This document shows positions 45,437 to 61,259 of a DNA stretch of 64,000 nt, in pieces. The number at the start of each line of letters is the position of its first letter. Position 1 is the first letter of the stretch. Source of the DNA: the human T2T-CHM13v2.0 reference genome, Homo sapiens; assembly GCF_009914755.1 (NCBI RefSeq), contig NC_060933.1; one strand, written 5' to 3'. A model generated the notes under the pieces. That model searched no databases. It was given only the letters and a program-made list of their open reading frames with translations, and had not been told where the DNA came from. A program made the translations under genes and the position numbers.

Positions 45437-46488
45437 TGTAAAAGGAACATAAAATCTCTGGACCCCAAACTCACTAAGCTGAAGGGAACAGTCAAGCTGA
45501 GAACTGGGTCATGCCAACCAGCCTCCCATTTTGTTCCTAAATAAGACAGCTACAGATCTAAAAGGATACATGCCTCTCTCACAATTTGCTCAAAACGAAA
45601 TTCTTTGTGGGTCCCAAGATCTTTACCCTAAAACAGTTCTGTTGAATTTCACCCAGAAAATGCAAGAGAACAGCTATCTTCACAGATCCCGGAACAAAGG
45701 ACAAAGGATAGAACTAAAAGCGCCCCCCACCCGCCGCCCGGCACCAAAGCAGTCATATCTGATTACTTCCTTTGGAAAGGCTAATCAGAAACTGAAAAGA
45801 ATGTAACTGTTTGTGTCTCACCTATCTGTGACCTGGAAGCTCCCTCCCAGCTTTGAGTCTTCCTGCCTTTGCTTCCAGTTGTTCTGCCTTTCCAGACCCA
45901 ACCAATGTACTTCTTATATCTATTGATTGATGTCTCATGTCTCCCTAAATGTAAAAATCAAGCTGTGCCCCAACTGCCTTGGGCACATGCTATCAGGACC
46001 TCCTGAGGCTGTGTCATGGATGCGTCCTCAACCTTGGCAAAATAAACTTTCTAAATTAACTGAGACCTGTCTCAGATTTTCTGGGTTCACAAATGCATAT
46101 CTGATTACTTCCTCTACTTTATGTTTATTTTATCTTATGTAAAAATGCAGATTCACTGAGTGTGAGATGAATGCATAATTGACTATTTCTCTACCCCTTC
46201 CTTTGACATGTGAAATGTGGATTCAGTGCACACTGATCAAAGACTCAACAGAATGCAACTGCCTGCCCCTTTTATCTACCCTCCCCCTTTTTTCTTTTCT
46301 TCCTCTTTCTCCTACTGCCTGCTCTTTCCCATTAAATACTAAAATTCGCAGGCCCTCTTCGGAAAAAGCATGGATCACAGATTGTCCTTGTGGTTTTGTG
46401 TTCCTTTTTCCCGGGTGCGTTCTTAACCTTGTCAAAATAAACCTCTAACATGATTGAGACGCTCCTCAGTCATTTTGTTTGACTGTCA
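45437..46488 (+). mobile_element. Composite MER4-group LTR: LTR43-like host with an embedded MER4A 3' portion (~45754-46091)
   Basis: Outer TG...CA with TSD gtgc/gtgg; two aataaa signals; internal MER4A end 'tctcagattttctgggttcaca'. Confidence 0.75.
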
Positions 46489-47533
46489 GTGGTGAAGGTT
46501 TGTTGCATGAGTCAACTTCTGTCTCACTCTGAGTCTTCTTCTGGCTGCTTTCAGTGCCAACACAAAGTGCTCCCTCTAACTCCTTGACATTTCTTCTGTC
46601 ATCACTATCTCTAGGATTTCTGTTTATTGCTTTTGTTATGGCCACCGTCAGCTTTCAGGCATGCAAATCCCCAGTTTCTTCTCTATGTGGTTTATATTTA
46701 AGGTGAACAAGGGAGTCTCATGGGTCGGAAAGTCACCGTCTGATATGATCCAGACCTTTGGCTGCCCGTGGTTAATGAGTAACCTGGTGAGAAATAGTGG
46801 CAATGAGAATGCCATATGAGCTTAATAAAAAGTCTGGGGTGATACACCCAAGGATTTGCTTCTAATTGCATTTACCAGACAGGGCAGTGTTGAGTGCAGA
46901 CAACTTTAAAAGGGGCAATTACCCAGCCTGCTAAACCTGCTATAGGTAAAGGAGTGTGCTGGGCAAGGTGCCAGAACATTGTATAAAATGATCATTATAG
47001 ATTAAAGAAACACAGGCATACCTAGGGCCGTGGGCATTTGATACATCAGATCTAAAAGAATAATACATATGCTTCAGACCAGTTGTAAGAAAATTTACTT
47101 TTCTGTATAGCAGGGTCTAAAGTGCATTTCTAGGAGGCACAGATGCCTCACCAGAAAACTAAAGAAGTTCTGAAAAAAAGCTAATATGATACTTGAGAGC
47201 ATGTCTGTTTCCATCTCATCTAAGTCACAGGAAGAGGAAACGGCCGCATTTACGAAAGTGTGAATTGGAAGCCCCTGGAAAATGTGACTGGATGGGATGA
47301 AACACTTGTGTGACACTTTAATAATGGGTATTGGCTAGCTCCTCATTATTTTCCACTGCAGTAAAGTGCGGCATGCAGCAAGATGTCAGTGTAGCATTTA
47401 CCTATGCAGTGCCACTCTGCTGCAGAGTTTTAAGGATTGAAGATAAGGAAGTGCTACCCGAAAGCTGGCAAATACACCACACATTGAAAGATAAAGAAAG
47501 TTGACTTTTGCTGAGTACCTGCTTTGTGCTAGG

Positions 47534-47706
47534 CACTGGTTTCCAAATTTTGCTGCACAATGGAATCATCTTGGATCTTTAAAAACTGTTGATGCCTGGT
47601 TCCCATGCCTAATATTTTGACTTCATGGATGTTGCGTGCAATGTGGACGCTGTGTTTCTAAAAGCTTCCCACTTCATTCTAATGTGCAGCAGTTTGGGAA
47701 TCACCC
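47534..47706. mobile_element. MER5A-type MITE
   Basis: 'ggtttccaaattttgctgcacaatggaatcatc...ttctaatgtgcagcagtttgggaatcac'. Confidence 0.75.
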
Positions 47707-47724
47707 TACCAGACTATTACATTT

Positions 47725-48170
<446 letters not shown>

Positions 48171-48724
48171 TGAGGTCATAGAGGCTAGATGACCCCAGAA
48201 AACTTGCCTAGTTTTGGGTAGTGGAATAGACTAAAATCTGATCCTGTGGCTGTAAAACTCTGAAGCTTGGGTTCTTCTCACTCTTCCACACTGGTAGAAT
48301 TCATGCACTGTAAGGAAAGAAAGGTTTTCTCTTTAATTTTCCCCGTGCTGGTAGCTAGCAGAGAATTGTAATTCATTTAGTAGAGGAAAAAAACCATATA
48401 TATACTGGGCTATTTTATTAAGGATTGGGTTTTGGTTAAGATCAGACAATGAAACCTATTATAAATTTCCAAAGATATGCAGGTCAGACCATGCTACACC
48501 ATGTTTCTGGGAGCCCAGAATGCAGAAACAAACATCAAAGTTCTCTTGTAATTTCATGGAAATATTTCATGTTAAAATTGTATTAATTTCAAAAGGTTAG
48601 AGTAGAAAATGAGAAGTATACACTTCATTAATTCTCAAGTTCTACATTTGCCAGAAACTTATCTCACCTTCATTAAAAAAAACTCTTATTACTTGATTTC
48701 AGAACACTTATAAAACATACTATG

Positions 48725-48928
48725 GGCCAGGCAAGGGGGCTCACGCCTGTAATCCCAGCACTTTGGGAGGCCGAGGCCGGCAGATCATGAGGTCGGGTGA
48801 TCGAGACCATCCTGGCTAACACAGTGAAACCCCGTCTCTACTAAAAATACAAAAAATTAGCCAGGCGTGGTGGTGGGTGCCTGTAATCCCAGCTACTCAG
48901 GAGGCTGAGGCAGGAGAATCACTTGAAC
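48725..48928 (+). mobile_element. 3'-truncated Alu (Sc8/Y-like)
   Basis: Stops at 'cacttgaac'; no tail. Confidence 0.9.
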
Positions 48929-48938
48929 AAGCGAAAAC

Positions 48939-49232
48939 GCCCGGGCGCTGTGGCTCACACCTGTAATCCCAGCACTTTGGGAGGCGGAGGTCACAAGGTC
49001 AGGAGATTTATCGAGAACATTCTGGCTAACACAGTGAAACCCCGTCTCTACTAAAAACACAAAAAATTAGCCGGGTGTGGTGGCGAGCACCTGTAATCAC
49101 AGCTACTCAGGCGGCTGAGGCTGGAGAATCGTGTGAACCCAGGAGGCAGAGGTTGCGGTGAGTGGAGATTGCGCCACTGCACTCCAGCCTGGGTGACAGA
49201 GCGAGACTCTGTCTCAAAAAAAAGAAAAAAAA
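48939..49232 (+). mobile_element. Alu (Sc8/Y-like) with small indels in the left arm
   Basis: Full dimer with A tail. Confidence 0.9.
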
Positions 49233-49234
49233 CT

Positions 49235-49750
49235 TGTCTTAGGATAAATTCCTGGTAGTGAGATATTAGTTAAAGGAAGATGAAATTTTTATAAATTATA
49301 TAGCATCTGTATGTTACTTTCTGAATGCACCCATTAGGTTACAAGGTCACAAGTAGCACATGATGCATCCCGTTCTCCACAGGACTGCCAGGAAAGGCTT
49401 ATCTTTTCAGAGAGATTTTATTAGTAATTAGACATAAAATGGTGCTTTGAACTACTGTAACTTGCATGTCTATGGTTATTAGATAGATAAAATTTTTCCC
49501 ACTTTTTAAACTATTTACATTATCTCATATGTGATCTTGACAATAGAGTTTTTTCCTTTTGTTTTTTACTGCTCTTGAATTTCCTCCTATTTTTTGAAAT
49601 AACTTACTTAATATAGAGAGTTGTCTTCATGATGGTAGTATTATTCACAATATTTCCCAACTTCGTTGTGTTCCTTATATAGCTCTAGTCTTCTTATGCA
49701 GATATTTTCATTTGTATGCATTTAATTTTTTAAAGAATATCTTCTATTGC
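49235..49750 (-). mobile_element. Old L1M fragment
   Basis: 'ttaggataaattcctggtagtgagatattagttaaagg' (antisense ORF2 3' end). Confidence 0.5.
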
Positions 49751-50127
49751 TTATAATCTGTGAAAGTTTGTATTTCTTTATCTCTGCTTAGACCTAGTGA
49801 CTCCCTCATTTTATTATCTGTGAGCTTTTCTCTCCATTAGGTTAGCACAGCCTTCTATAATCTGACCTTATCACACCTTACAGAAGCATCATTTGACACA
49901 CTTCAACTCAGCACCTCAGATCTATTTGGCCCATCCCTTTTCTTCCACACAAACATACCATGTTCATTTATGCCTTGGGGCATTTGGCCTGTCTTAGATG
50001 CCTGCCCATTCTTATTTCCTCTACCCATTCAAAGTCTACCTATCAGGGGGACAGATGCCTTGATTACACTCCTCCCCTTGATTTACTTAGTCACATGAAC
50101 TCCTATAACCTCCTATAACTTGCATAG

Positions 50128-50452
<325 letters not shown>

Positions 50453-52056
50453 CATAGTCAATATTTATAATTTGGCAATTACCTGTAATTACGTAGTCTC
50501 TTGTACGTATTTCAAATGTGTTAGCCTTCTCTTCTTAGACAAACTGTGATAATTAAGACATATTTCAGTGGTCTTTATAGCAGCTCTGATGACTGTTGAA
50601 ATACATTTTTGAGTACCCTACATACTCACTGCATATTTAATTGGTTAAGAATTAAATAAAGAAGTGAATTTTTATCTGCAACTCAGTGGGTCAGGCCCAT
50701 TGAACTCCAAGTGTCTCCAAGTCCTCATCACCTGCCTTTGAGTGACATGACTCACTCAAAGGCAGGTGATAAGAAACAAGAAAACTGGAACTCATACTTT
50801 CAGAGATTTTCCTGCCTCGGATGTGAAGTCTCTTGGCTACTGGAGTCTGGAAGACGACTTCTAAACTGATTCTGACAGGATTGTAACTTGAAACCCTATT
50901 ATATTCAGTTTCCCTCACTGGTCTCTTTACCCACTCCACACTAGGTGGTACCAGTACTGAGAACTAATTCCCTTCTAAATTCTAAACTCTAAACTGTGTC
51001 CACTTTCATCTCACTTATCCTGCCAGTCCCTCCACTCCCTTTCAAGTTTCCCCCTCAAAGCTTCAATCTGTTCTCTTTGGTTCTGATCGTGTTCATCAGC
51101 ACTCTCCACATGCTTCAACCCATAACACTCCAACTTTCAAACTGGATCAAAACAACCATGACTTTTCCCGTTCCTGTCCCTGGGCTATAGAGTGTTGCCA
51201 CAAGAATTCACCCACCAAGTGAGGTTGGTCTCATGATTTACAGCCACGGGAGCAGCTTTGCAGAACTTCCAGCATCCTCTTCCATTTCTCCTATGGCTCT
51301 ACCAAATCTTCACCACCCCTCAGAAGATTTTGCCTTTCATTCACAAAGAAAATTTGATTATCAGCCAGAAAGTCTCTCCATTGTCATGCTCTAAAACAAC
51401 CAACCACATCAAGATATTACCCATATTTGCATGCAATCACGCTCACGTTCTTGTCTTCTAACCTGAGAAGGCTTGGAGGGAAAAACCCTTCTGCTCAAAG
51501 GCAGTCCATCCTCACATTGTTTACTCAGTCATAATCAAGATGCTGTCCAATTATTAACATCAGTCTTCCCTTTCATATATTTTTAATCTTTTCAATTTAT
51601 AAACATGATCAACATTTTTTCCTGTGAAGAGAAAAACCAATTCTACATTTCAGACCTTGCTTTCTATCCACCCACTCTCTCCCTCAGCCACGGCCATTAC
51701 CTCTTCAAGGCCAAACTTCTCCAAAAAAAAAGTCTTCCATCACTTCCTTGTTAGGTCTCCACCCACTTCCTTGGGTCTACGCACTCTTATAAACATTGAA
51801 GCCGTCAATTCCTCAGTAGTCAGATCCGAGCTCATCTGACTCTGGAATTTTCAGGTGTTAAGCCTTTCATCTTGTAACCCTGTCTTTCCCTGGCTTCCAT
51901 GATACCGTTTTTCCACACCCTCTTCTAAGGTCTCTGAATGTGCCTCCTTGGTCTCCATTGCTAACCATTCTTCCTGCCTGCTTCTTGAATGTGATGTCTC
52001 TCATGTTCCATCCTTGAGCTTATTTTTCACAATGTATTCTTCTGAGTAATGTAAAC

Positions 52057-52218
52057 CAGTGGTTTCCAATTTTAATGTACATATAAATTATCTGAGAATC
52101 TTAAAATGCATATTCTTATTCAATAGGTCTGGGATGAAGGATGAAATCGTGCATTTCAAACAAGCTTTCAAATGATGTCCATGCTCCTGGGCCATACACC
52201 ACACTTTGAATAGTGAGG
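52057..52218. mobile_element. MER5-type MITE
   Basis: 'cagtggtttcc...ttaaaatgcatattct...ataggtctggg...cacactttgaatag'. Confidence 0.75.
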
Positions 52219-52521
52219 ATCTAAACTACTTATTGGTCTCAGTTGGCGATAACCCCAAATCTCTGGCCAGTTCTATCTCCTGGGCAAATGCTATACAAAT
52301 AGTTAAGCACCAAAGACAAACATCTCAAAAACAGATATGCAAAACTGAACTCATTTTCTCTGTTTCCTCAATCAAATAATTTGCAGACATCCCTGTTTTA
52401 ATAAATGGCATTATGTCCCTTCAGTTATGTAAGTCAGACGTGGAGTTACCCTGAGCTTTTTTTTCACTATCTCTCCTGCCACTCATCCTCTACCTCGATA
52501 TTCAGTTAATAAGAAAGTACT

Positions 52522-52846
<325 letters not shown>

Positions 52847-54039
52847 TTAACATCTCTCAAACTCATGGACGACTCTTTATCCCAGGCTGCTGCCTTAATT
52901 AACAACATCAATATCTATTTTATGAATCATTTACAACAATTTGCAAACTCGTTTTCTTGCCTTTACCATTGCTCCTCTCCAGACTCTCTACATTAGGAAT
53001 ATGTTTTTGAAAAATGAAAGCGTGACAAAGTCACTGTTTCAGGACAGTGTATCCAGCAAGTGATGAAGGAAGGCATCAGGCAAGAGGCACTGGAGCTTGA
53101 GTGGGTCATTTTTGGACACATGAACCAAGAGAGGCAGAGGGAGTGTAATGGTTTCCATTTCATCCCTGTGGCTCCACAGGACAAACCCCAAAACCCTTAA
53201 CACAGACCACAAAGCCCTTGAAATCTTCTGTTTGCTAAACCTTCCTTCTTACAACCTAAACTTTTGGCATGCTTAGAGCTCCCAAGGTCCCTGTGCTCAT
53301 CAGTCAACTCCTCTGTAAAGTGTCTTCTTATTGGCTCTTCTATTGGAATTTGCGCTATCTGCCATACTTCTCCAGCCAATTAGCCTTTTTAACACTGTTG
53401 TTATAAAAACTGTGGAAGAGGAAATTAGTACAGAGAAAAGCAACAGGCTAGCAAAAATCAGGGGCTCGGGGAGGAAGTCAGGGGCTCATCTTTCTAACCC
53501 CAATTAGAATCAGCACATTTAAGAACACTTGTGAATAGAAACTCTAGATTGCAGCCATTCATTAAAAACCCTTCATTTTACATATGGTAATCTGAGACTT
53601 CATAAATGACTTGTAACTTCCAAGATTCCAAATCTAATCAGTCCCACATAGGACTTTTCACCTCCAGTCCGGTGCTCAGGTGTTTCTGTTCTGCCCATCA
53701 CCCATTACAGAGGAAGTACGTTCATCTGGGGATGCTTTTCTCCAGGAGAGACTTCCCTAAGCCTTTTGACTATGCAGATGCTTTCATGCATCTAGAAATA
53801 GTTTATTGCCAGTATAATGCAAATTTTATTTCAGTGTAGAAAATAATTTCTAGACTCTCATGTCACATTACTTTTGGCAGGGGCTATTGTTGGAGAGTTA
53901 ATCATTCTCTGAAAGTCATTGGTTCTTGGTTCTGTTTCTTTTAAAAGAAGAGAGCTCATTTAACTTAAACATGTAATAACATCCAGAACAGGTTGCTTTT
54001 CTGGAAACTGTTAATAGAATCTGCATAGCTAGACAATGA

Positions 54040-54368
<329 letters not shown>

Positions 54369-54722
54369 GATTATGCAAATCTTAAGCATTATTTCAAAGG
54401 TCTTTATCTTGTCTTCTCTTGGATAGACATTAAGAGGTAGACAGGGTTCAAAAAACCTAGTTTACAAAAAGGGAAGTCATCAGAATTCCATGAAGAGATT
54501 TTGGGAATGTGCATCTTCAAGCCCTATTCTTGTATTCATATGATCTTGGAATCTGTCTTCAGAAATTGTTCCCACGTGACTCTGATGACCATCATTAGTT
54601 AAGAATCACTCCCAGAGAATTTAAAGCTATATTGATCAAAGTGGAGGATCTATGACATGATCTAACCATTGATTTTTGATTCTGTATCAAATCCTTCAGT
54701 ATCACACTCTATTGACCAATAG

Positions 54723-55644
<922 letters not shown>

Positions 55645-55869
55645 TCAGCAACAGAATCACACAATCCTGATGATACTATTTAATTCCTGAATCCAGAAAT
55701 ATTCTGGATTAGAAAATATATCTTACTTTTCATTTATATGAGACAGTCAATTCCTCTTCATGTTTAAGTTAGTTCTTTGCTTAAGTTTTGTCCTTTGCAA
55801 AAGAAAGTAATGGCTTTTATGGTTTCTTCAGAAGGCCTTTCCTTTAATTCCTTAAAAACATATAGAAAT

Positions 55870-56530
55870 CTGGAGAAGAAGCCTTTTGTTTTTAATAGCT
55901 TGACAATTATATACCCAAGTTGTTATGTTTTATTTTCCTTGTTTGATGTTCTCCAATTTTCTTGGATTTGTGGTTTCCAGTCTGTTGTTAACTTCTGGAA
56001 TATTCTTGGACATTACTTCTTCACATATGTCTCTCAGATTCCAATTATATCTGTACTAGATTGTTTAATAACATGGAATAGATATCCCTAGTTCTTGAAT
56101 GCTCTGTTCTATTTTTTCCCCATTCTTGTTTTCCTCTGTATTTCAGTTTGGGCGAGTTCTATTGATTCCCTTCTTAAGTGCAAGAGTCTTTCCTTGGCTA
56201 CATGAAGTCTATTGACGAGTCTATCAAAGGAATTCTTTATCTCTGTTACCAAAGTTTTATTTCTAGCATTTCCATTTTATTCATATTATAGTTTCCATAT
56301 CTCTGCTGAAATTACTCATCTGATTTTGCATGGTGCCAGTTTCTTCATTAGAGCTTTTACCATATTAATTACAGTTGTTTTTAAATTTTCTATCAGAAAA
56401 TTCTAACAAACACTTGTGTCAGAGCTGAGTGTTGAGTGTGGTTTTGATGATTGCTCGGCCACTTGGAAATGGGTTGTTTCTTGCCTTTTTGTGTAGCTTG
56501 TAATTCATTTTAAATCTAGACATCTTGTAT
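55870..56530 (-). mobile_element. Old L1M 5'/ORF1-region fragment
   Basis: 'ctctgtatttcagtttgg...tctattga', 'tttccatatctctgctgaaatt'. Confidence 0.6.
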
Positions 56531-56551
56531 TAAATAGTAAAGACTGGGGTA

Positions 56552-56670
56552 GGGAGGCTGAGGCAGGAGAACGGCGTGAGCCCAGGAGGCAGAGCTTGCA
56601 GTGAGCTGAGATCCCGCCACTGCACTCCAGCCTGGGCGACAGAGCCAGACTCCTTATCAAAACAAAAAAA
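56552..56670 (+). mobile_element. Heavily 5'-truncated AluY (~120 bp)
   Basis: TSD aaagactggggta (56539 / 56670). Confidence 0.92.
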
Positions 56671-56711
56671 AAGACTGGGGTAAATACTTTTTATTCCCAA
56701 AAATGGGCACT

Positions 56712-56746
<35 letters not shown>

Positions 56747-56917
56747 AGACCCCACTAGGTGTGGGGTTTCATCCATCTCTTGAGAAATGTGTTAGCATGC
56801 TTAGTTAACTTGTACTTTTTAAAGTAAAACTGTTTGGTTTTATTGGTTCATGTTTTTAAAAATATGTCTCACCAAAACGTTAAATATAATTGAATTGGAA
56901 TATCACTCTTTTAGTAA

Positions 56918-57280
<363 letters not shown>

Positions 57281-57524
57281 CTAATGAGACGGTTGCAATT
57301 TTCATTAAGTTTTCACTACCCATAAAGTTCTTTTACTTTTCAAAATACACTAGTTATAAAGAAAGTCATTACAAGATATCCAGCCTGTGGCAGACCTTAA
57401 CTTTCTTCATCATTGGCCTTTAATTTTACTAAACACCAGTAAATTCCAGGAATTCTCAATTGGAAGCATTTTCCCTTTTTTTGATAATGATTAAGTCTCA
57501 CATTAGGTTTAAACTAAGTTTACC

Positions 57525-57832
<308 letters not shown>

Positions 57833-58590
57833 TAAGTTTACCTTTTTAAGAAAAACAATACACTTTATTCCACAGAATAGTTTTAGTTTCACAGCAAAAC
57901 AGAGTGGAAAGTACAGAGAATTCTCATATACCCTATGCCTCCACACACGCACTGCCTCCCCCGTGATCAATCAGCACCCCTCACCAGAGGGGTACACTTG
58001 TCACAACCAACTTACATGGATACATCATTATCATCCAGAGTCTATAGTTTGCAACAGATTTTAATCTTGGCGTTGTACATAATATAGGTTTTGACAAAGG
58101 TGTAGTGACATGTATCCACCGTTATAGTATTATACAGAATAGTTCCAGTGCCCCAAAAGCCTCTGTGCTTTGTCTATTCATCTCTCCCTCCTCCCTAACA
58201 AGTGGCAAATGCTGATCTTTTTACTGTCTCCAAAGTTTTGCCTTTTCCAGAATGCCATACACTTAGAATCAAAAGTAGTTAGCCTTTTCAGATTGGGTTT
58301 CTTTTACTTAGTAATGTCCACTTAGGGTTTCTTGATGTCTTTTCATGGCTTGATAGGTCTCATCTTTTTAGGTTGAATAATATTCCATTGTCTGGATGTA
58401 CCACAGATTATTTATCCATTCAGCTACTGAAGGTCGTCTTGATTGCTTCCACATTTTAGCAATTATGAATAAAACTGCTGTAAACATCTGTGTGCAGGTT
58501 TTTGTGTGGACCCAAGTATTCACCTCCTTTGGGGAAATATCAAGGAATGCAATTGCTAAATCATCTGGTAAGAATATGTTCAGTTTTTTT

Positions 58591-58886
58591 TGTTTTTTTT
58601 TTTGAGACGGAGTCTCACTCTGTCGCCCAGGCTGGAGTGCAGTGGCGCGATCTCGGCTCACTGCAAGCTCCGCCTTCCCGGGTTCACGCCATTCTCCTGC
58701 CTCAGCCTCCCCAGCAGCTGGGACTACAGGCACCCACCACCACACCCAGCTAATTTTTTTGTATTTTTAGTAGAGATGGTGTTTCACCATGTTAGCCAGG
58801 ATGGTCTCGATCTCCTGACCTCGTGATCTGCCCGCCTCCGCCTCCCAAAGTGCTGGGATTACAGGCGTGAGCCACCGCGCCTGGCC
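58591..58886 (-). mobile_element. AluY
   Basis: AluY diagnostics; TSD agttttttt. Confidence 0.95.
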
Positions 58887-59307
58887 TAGTTTTTTTAAAA
58901 CTGCCAAACTCTCTTCTAAAGTGGCTGTACTATTTTGCATTGCCCAGAAATGAATGAAAATTCCTGTTGCTTCACATCCTTGCCAGTTTTTAGTGTTGTC
59001 AGTGTTTTGGATTTAAGCCATTCTAATAGGTGTGTAGTGGTGTCTCTCTGTTGTTTTGATTTGCAATTTCCAGTGACATATGATGTTGTACATCTTTTCA
59101 TATACTCATTTGCCATCTGTATATCTTCTTGGATGAGGCATCTTTTCAGGTCTTCTGCCCTTTTAAAAATCGGGTTGTTAGTTTTCTTATTGTTGAGCTT
59201 TAAGTGTCCTTTATATAACTCAGATAACAGTCCTCTATCAGACATGACTTTTGAATATACTTTGTCCCAGTTTGTGACTTGTCTTCTCATTCTCATAGTA
59301 TCTATGG

Positions 59308-59624
<317 letters not shown>

Positions 59625-60947
59625 TAGCTTACAAAATATTTCTTTCATTGGTGTTGCCTGAATGTACCACAGTTTTTTTATTCAGCCAGTTAATGAAGGA
59701 CATCTTGGTTTCTTCCATATTTTGGCAAATATGAGTAAAGCTGCTATAAATGTCTGTGTGAATGTATTTGTGTGCACATAAGTTTTCAACTCCTTTGGGT
59801 AAATAGCAAGGAGTGCAATTCCTGGATCATCTGCAAAGTCATCACCGTATCCAGGGTCATCCAGGTTTTCTCTGATGTTATCCTCTAGGATTTTACAGTT
59901 TTGCATGTTACATTTAGGTCTATGATCTACTCTGAGTTAATTTTTGCAAAGCTCATAAGGTCTTTGTCTAGACTCATTTTTTCATGTGGATGTCCCATTG
60001 TTTCAGTACCGTTTGTTGAGAAGGCTGTTTTTTCTCCATTGCCTTATGTTTTCTCCTTTGCTGAGTTTAGTTTTTATGGCCATGAACAAAATCCTCTTGT
60101 TCCTTCACAAAACTATTAAAGACCTTTTTTCATCCTTTTCGTCAAGGCCCAAGTAATTACAATTTCTCTTCAAAACCTCTCATAACTCCTGGAGGTTCTT
60201 CAGAGAGTTGAGCTTAGAAGAGACTTATTTAGCAAATGCAACTATAAGGATGCTAATGTACTCTGTCCAGGTCAGAATTTCTTTTCTTCACTAGCTGACG
60301 TGTGTGCTTGACCCTTAACGTGGGTCTATAAATGCAGCACTGGGTTCATCAGTGGATCTGTAAGCTTTGGTGTTTTATTTCCCAAGAGCTCTATAGATGC
60401 TCCCCATTCCCTGAATTTTGTGCTGTAATGAAGGTGGACATGGCATTGTCAGTGCGACCCGGTCTCAGAGTTAGGTGGACTGCATGTGGGTTCGGGTTCT
60501 GCTACTCCCTGTAGGACCTTTCTACAAGTCACCTGTCTCCTCTAGGCCTCAGTTTCTTTATCTGTAATGTTGGACTAGATTCTGTCTATGGTCCTCTAGA
60601 GCTCCAAAGTGAAGATAAAACTCCTGTTCCACTCAGGGAGTTTGTATCTTCAAAGTGAAAGCTTCCTGGGGGAAATGAAGCTTGCCTTCACCAACGTTAG
60701 AAATTAGTGGTTGAAAAATAGTATTTTTCAGTGTCTGTGAGTCTTGAAGTTATGTTTTCACAGAGTGACAAGAAAACAAATTAATGAAAGGCAGACATCT
60801 TCATGAATGAGAGTCAGAGAAAATATGAACATAACATATGACCCAGCATATAGTCTGTTCTCCCTGAATGAATAAAATGTAGGAGTTATTCCCTGGTTTA
60901 CAAACCAAAATGTTAATCAGAAGTCCCATTTGAGAAGTGAAGTGGGA

Positions 60948-61259
<312 letters not shown>

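Noticed and set aside
50936-50952. CTCF-like 'acactaggtggta'
   Set aside because: Mismatches at key core positions; expected by chance in 64 kb.
58916-59296. 126-aa ORF with RT-family-like sequence; also 11313-11588 and 814-1053
   Set aside because: Degenerate, frameshifted L1 ORF2 C-terminal fragments.
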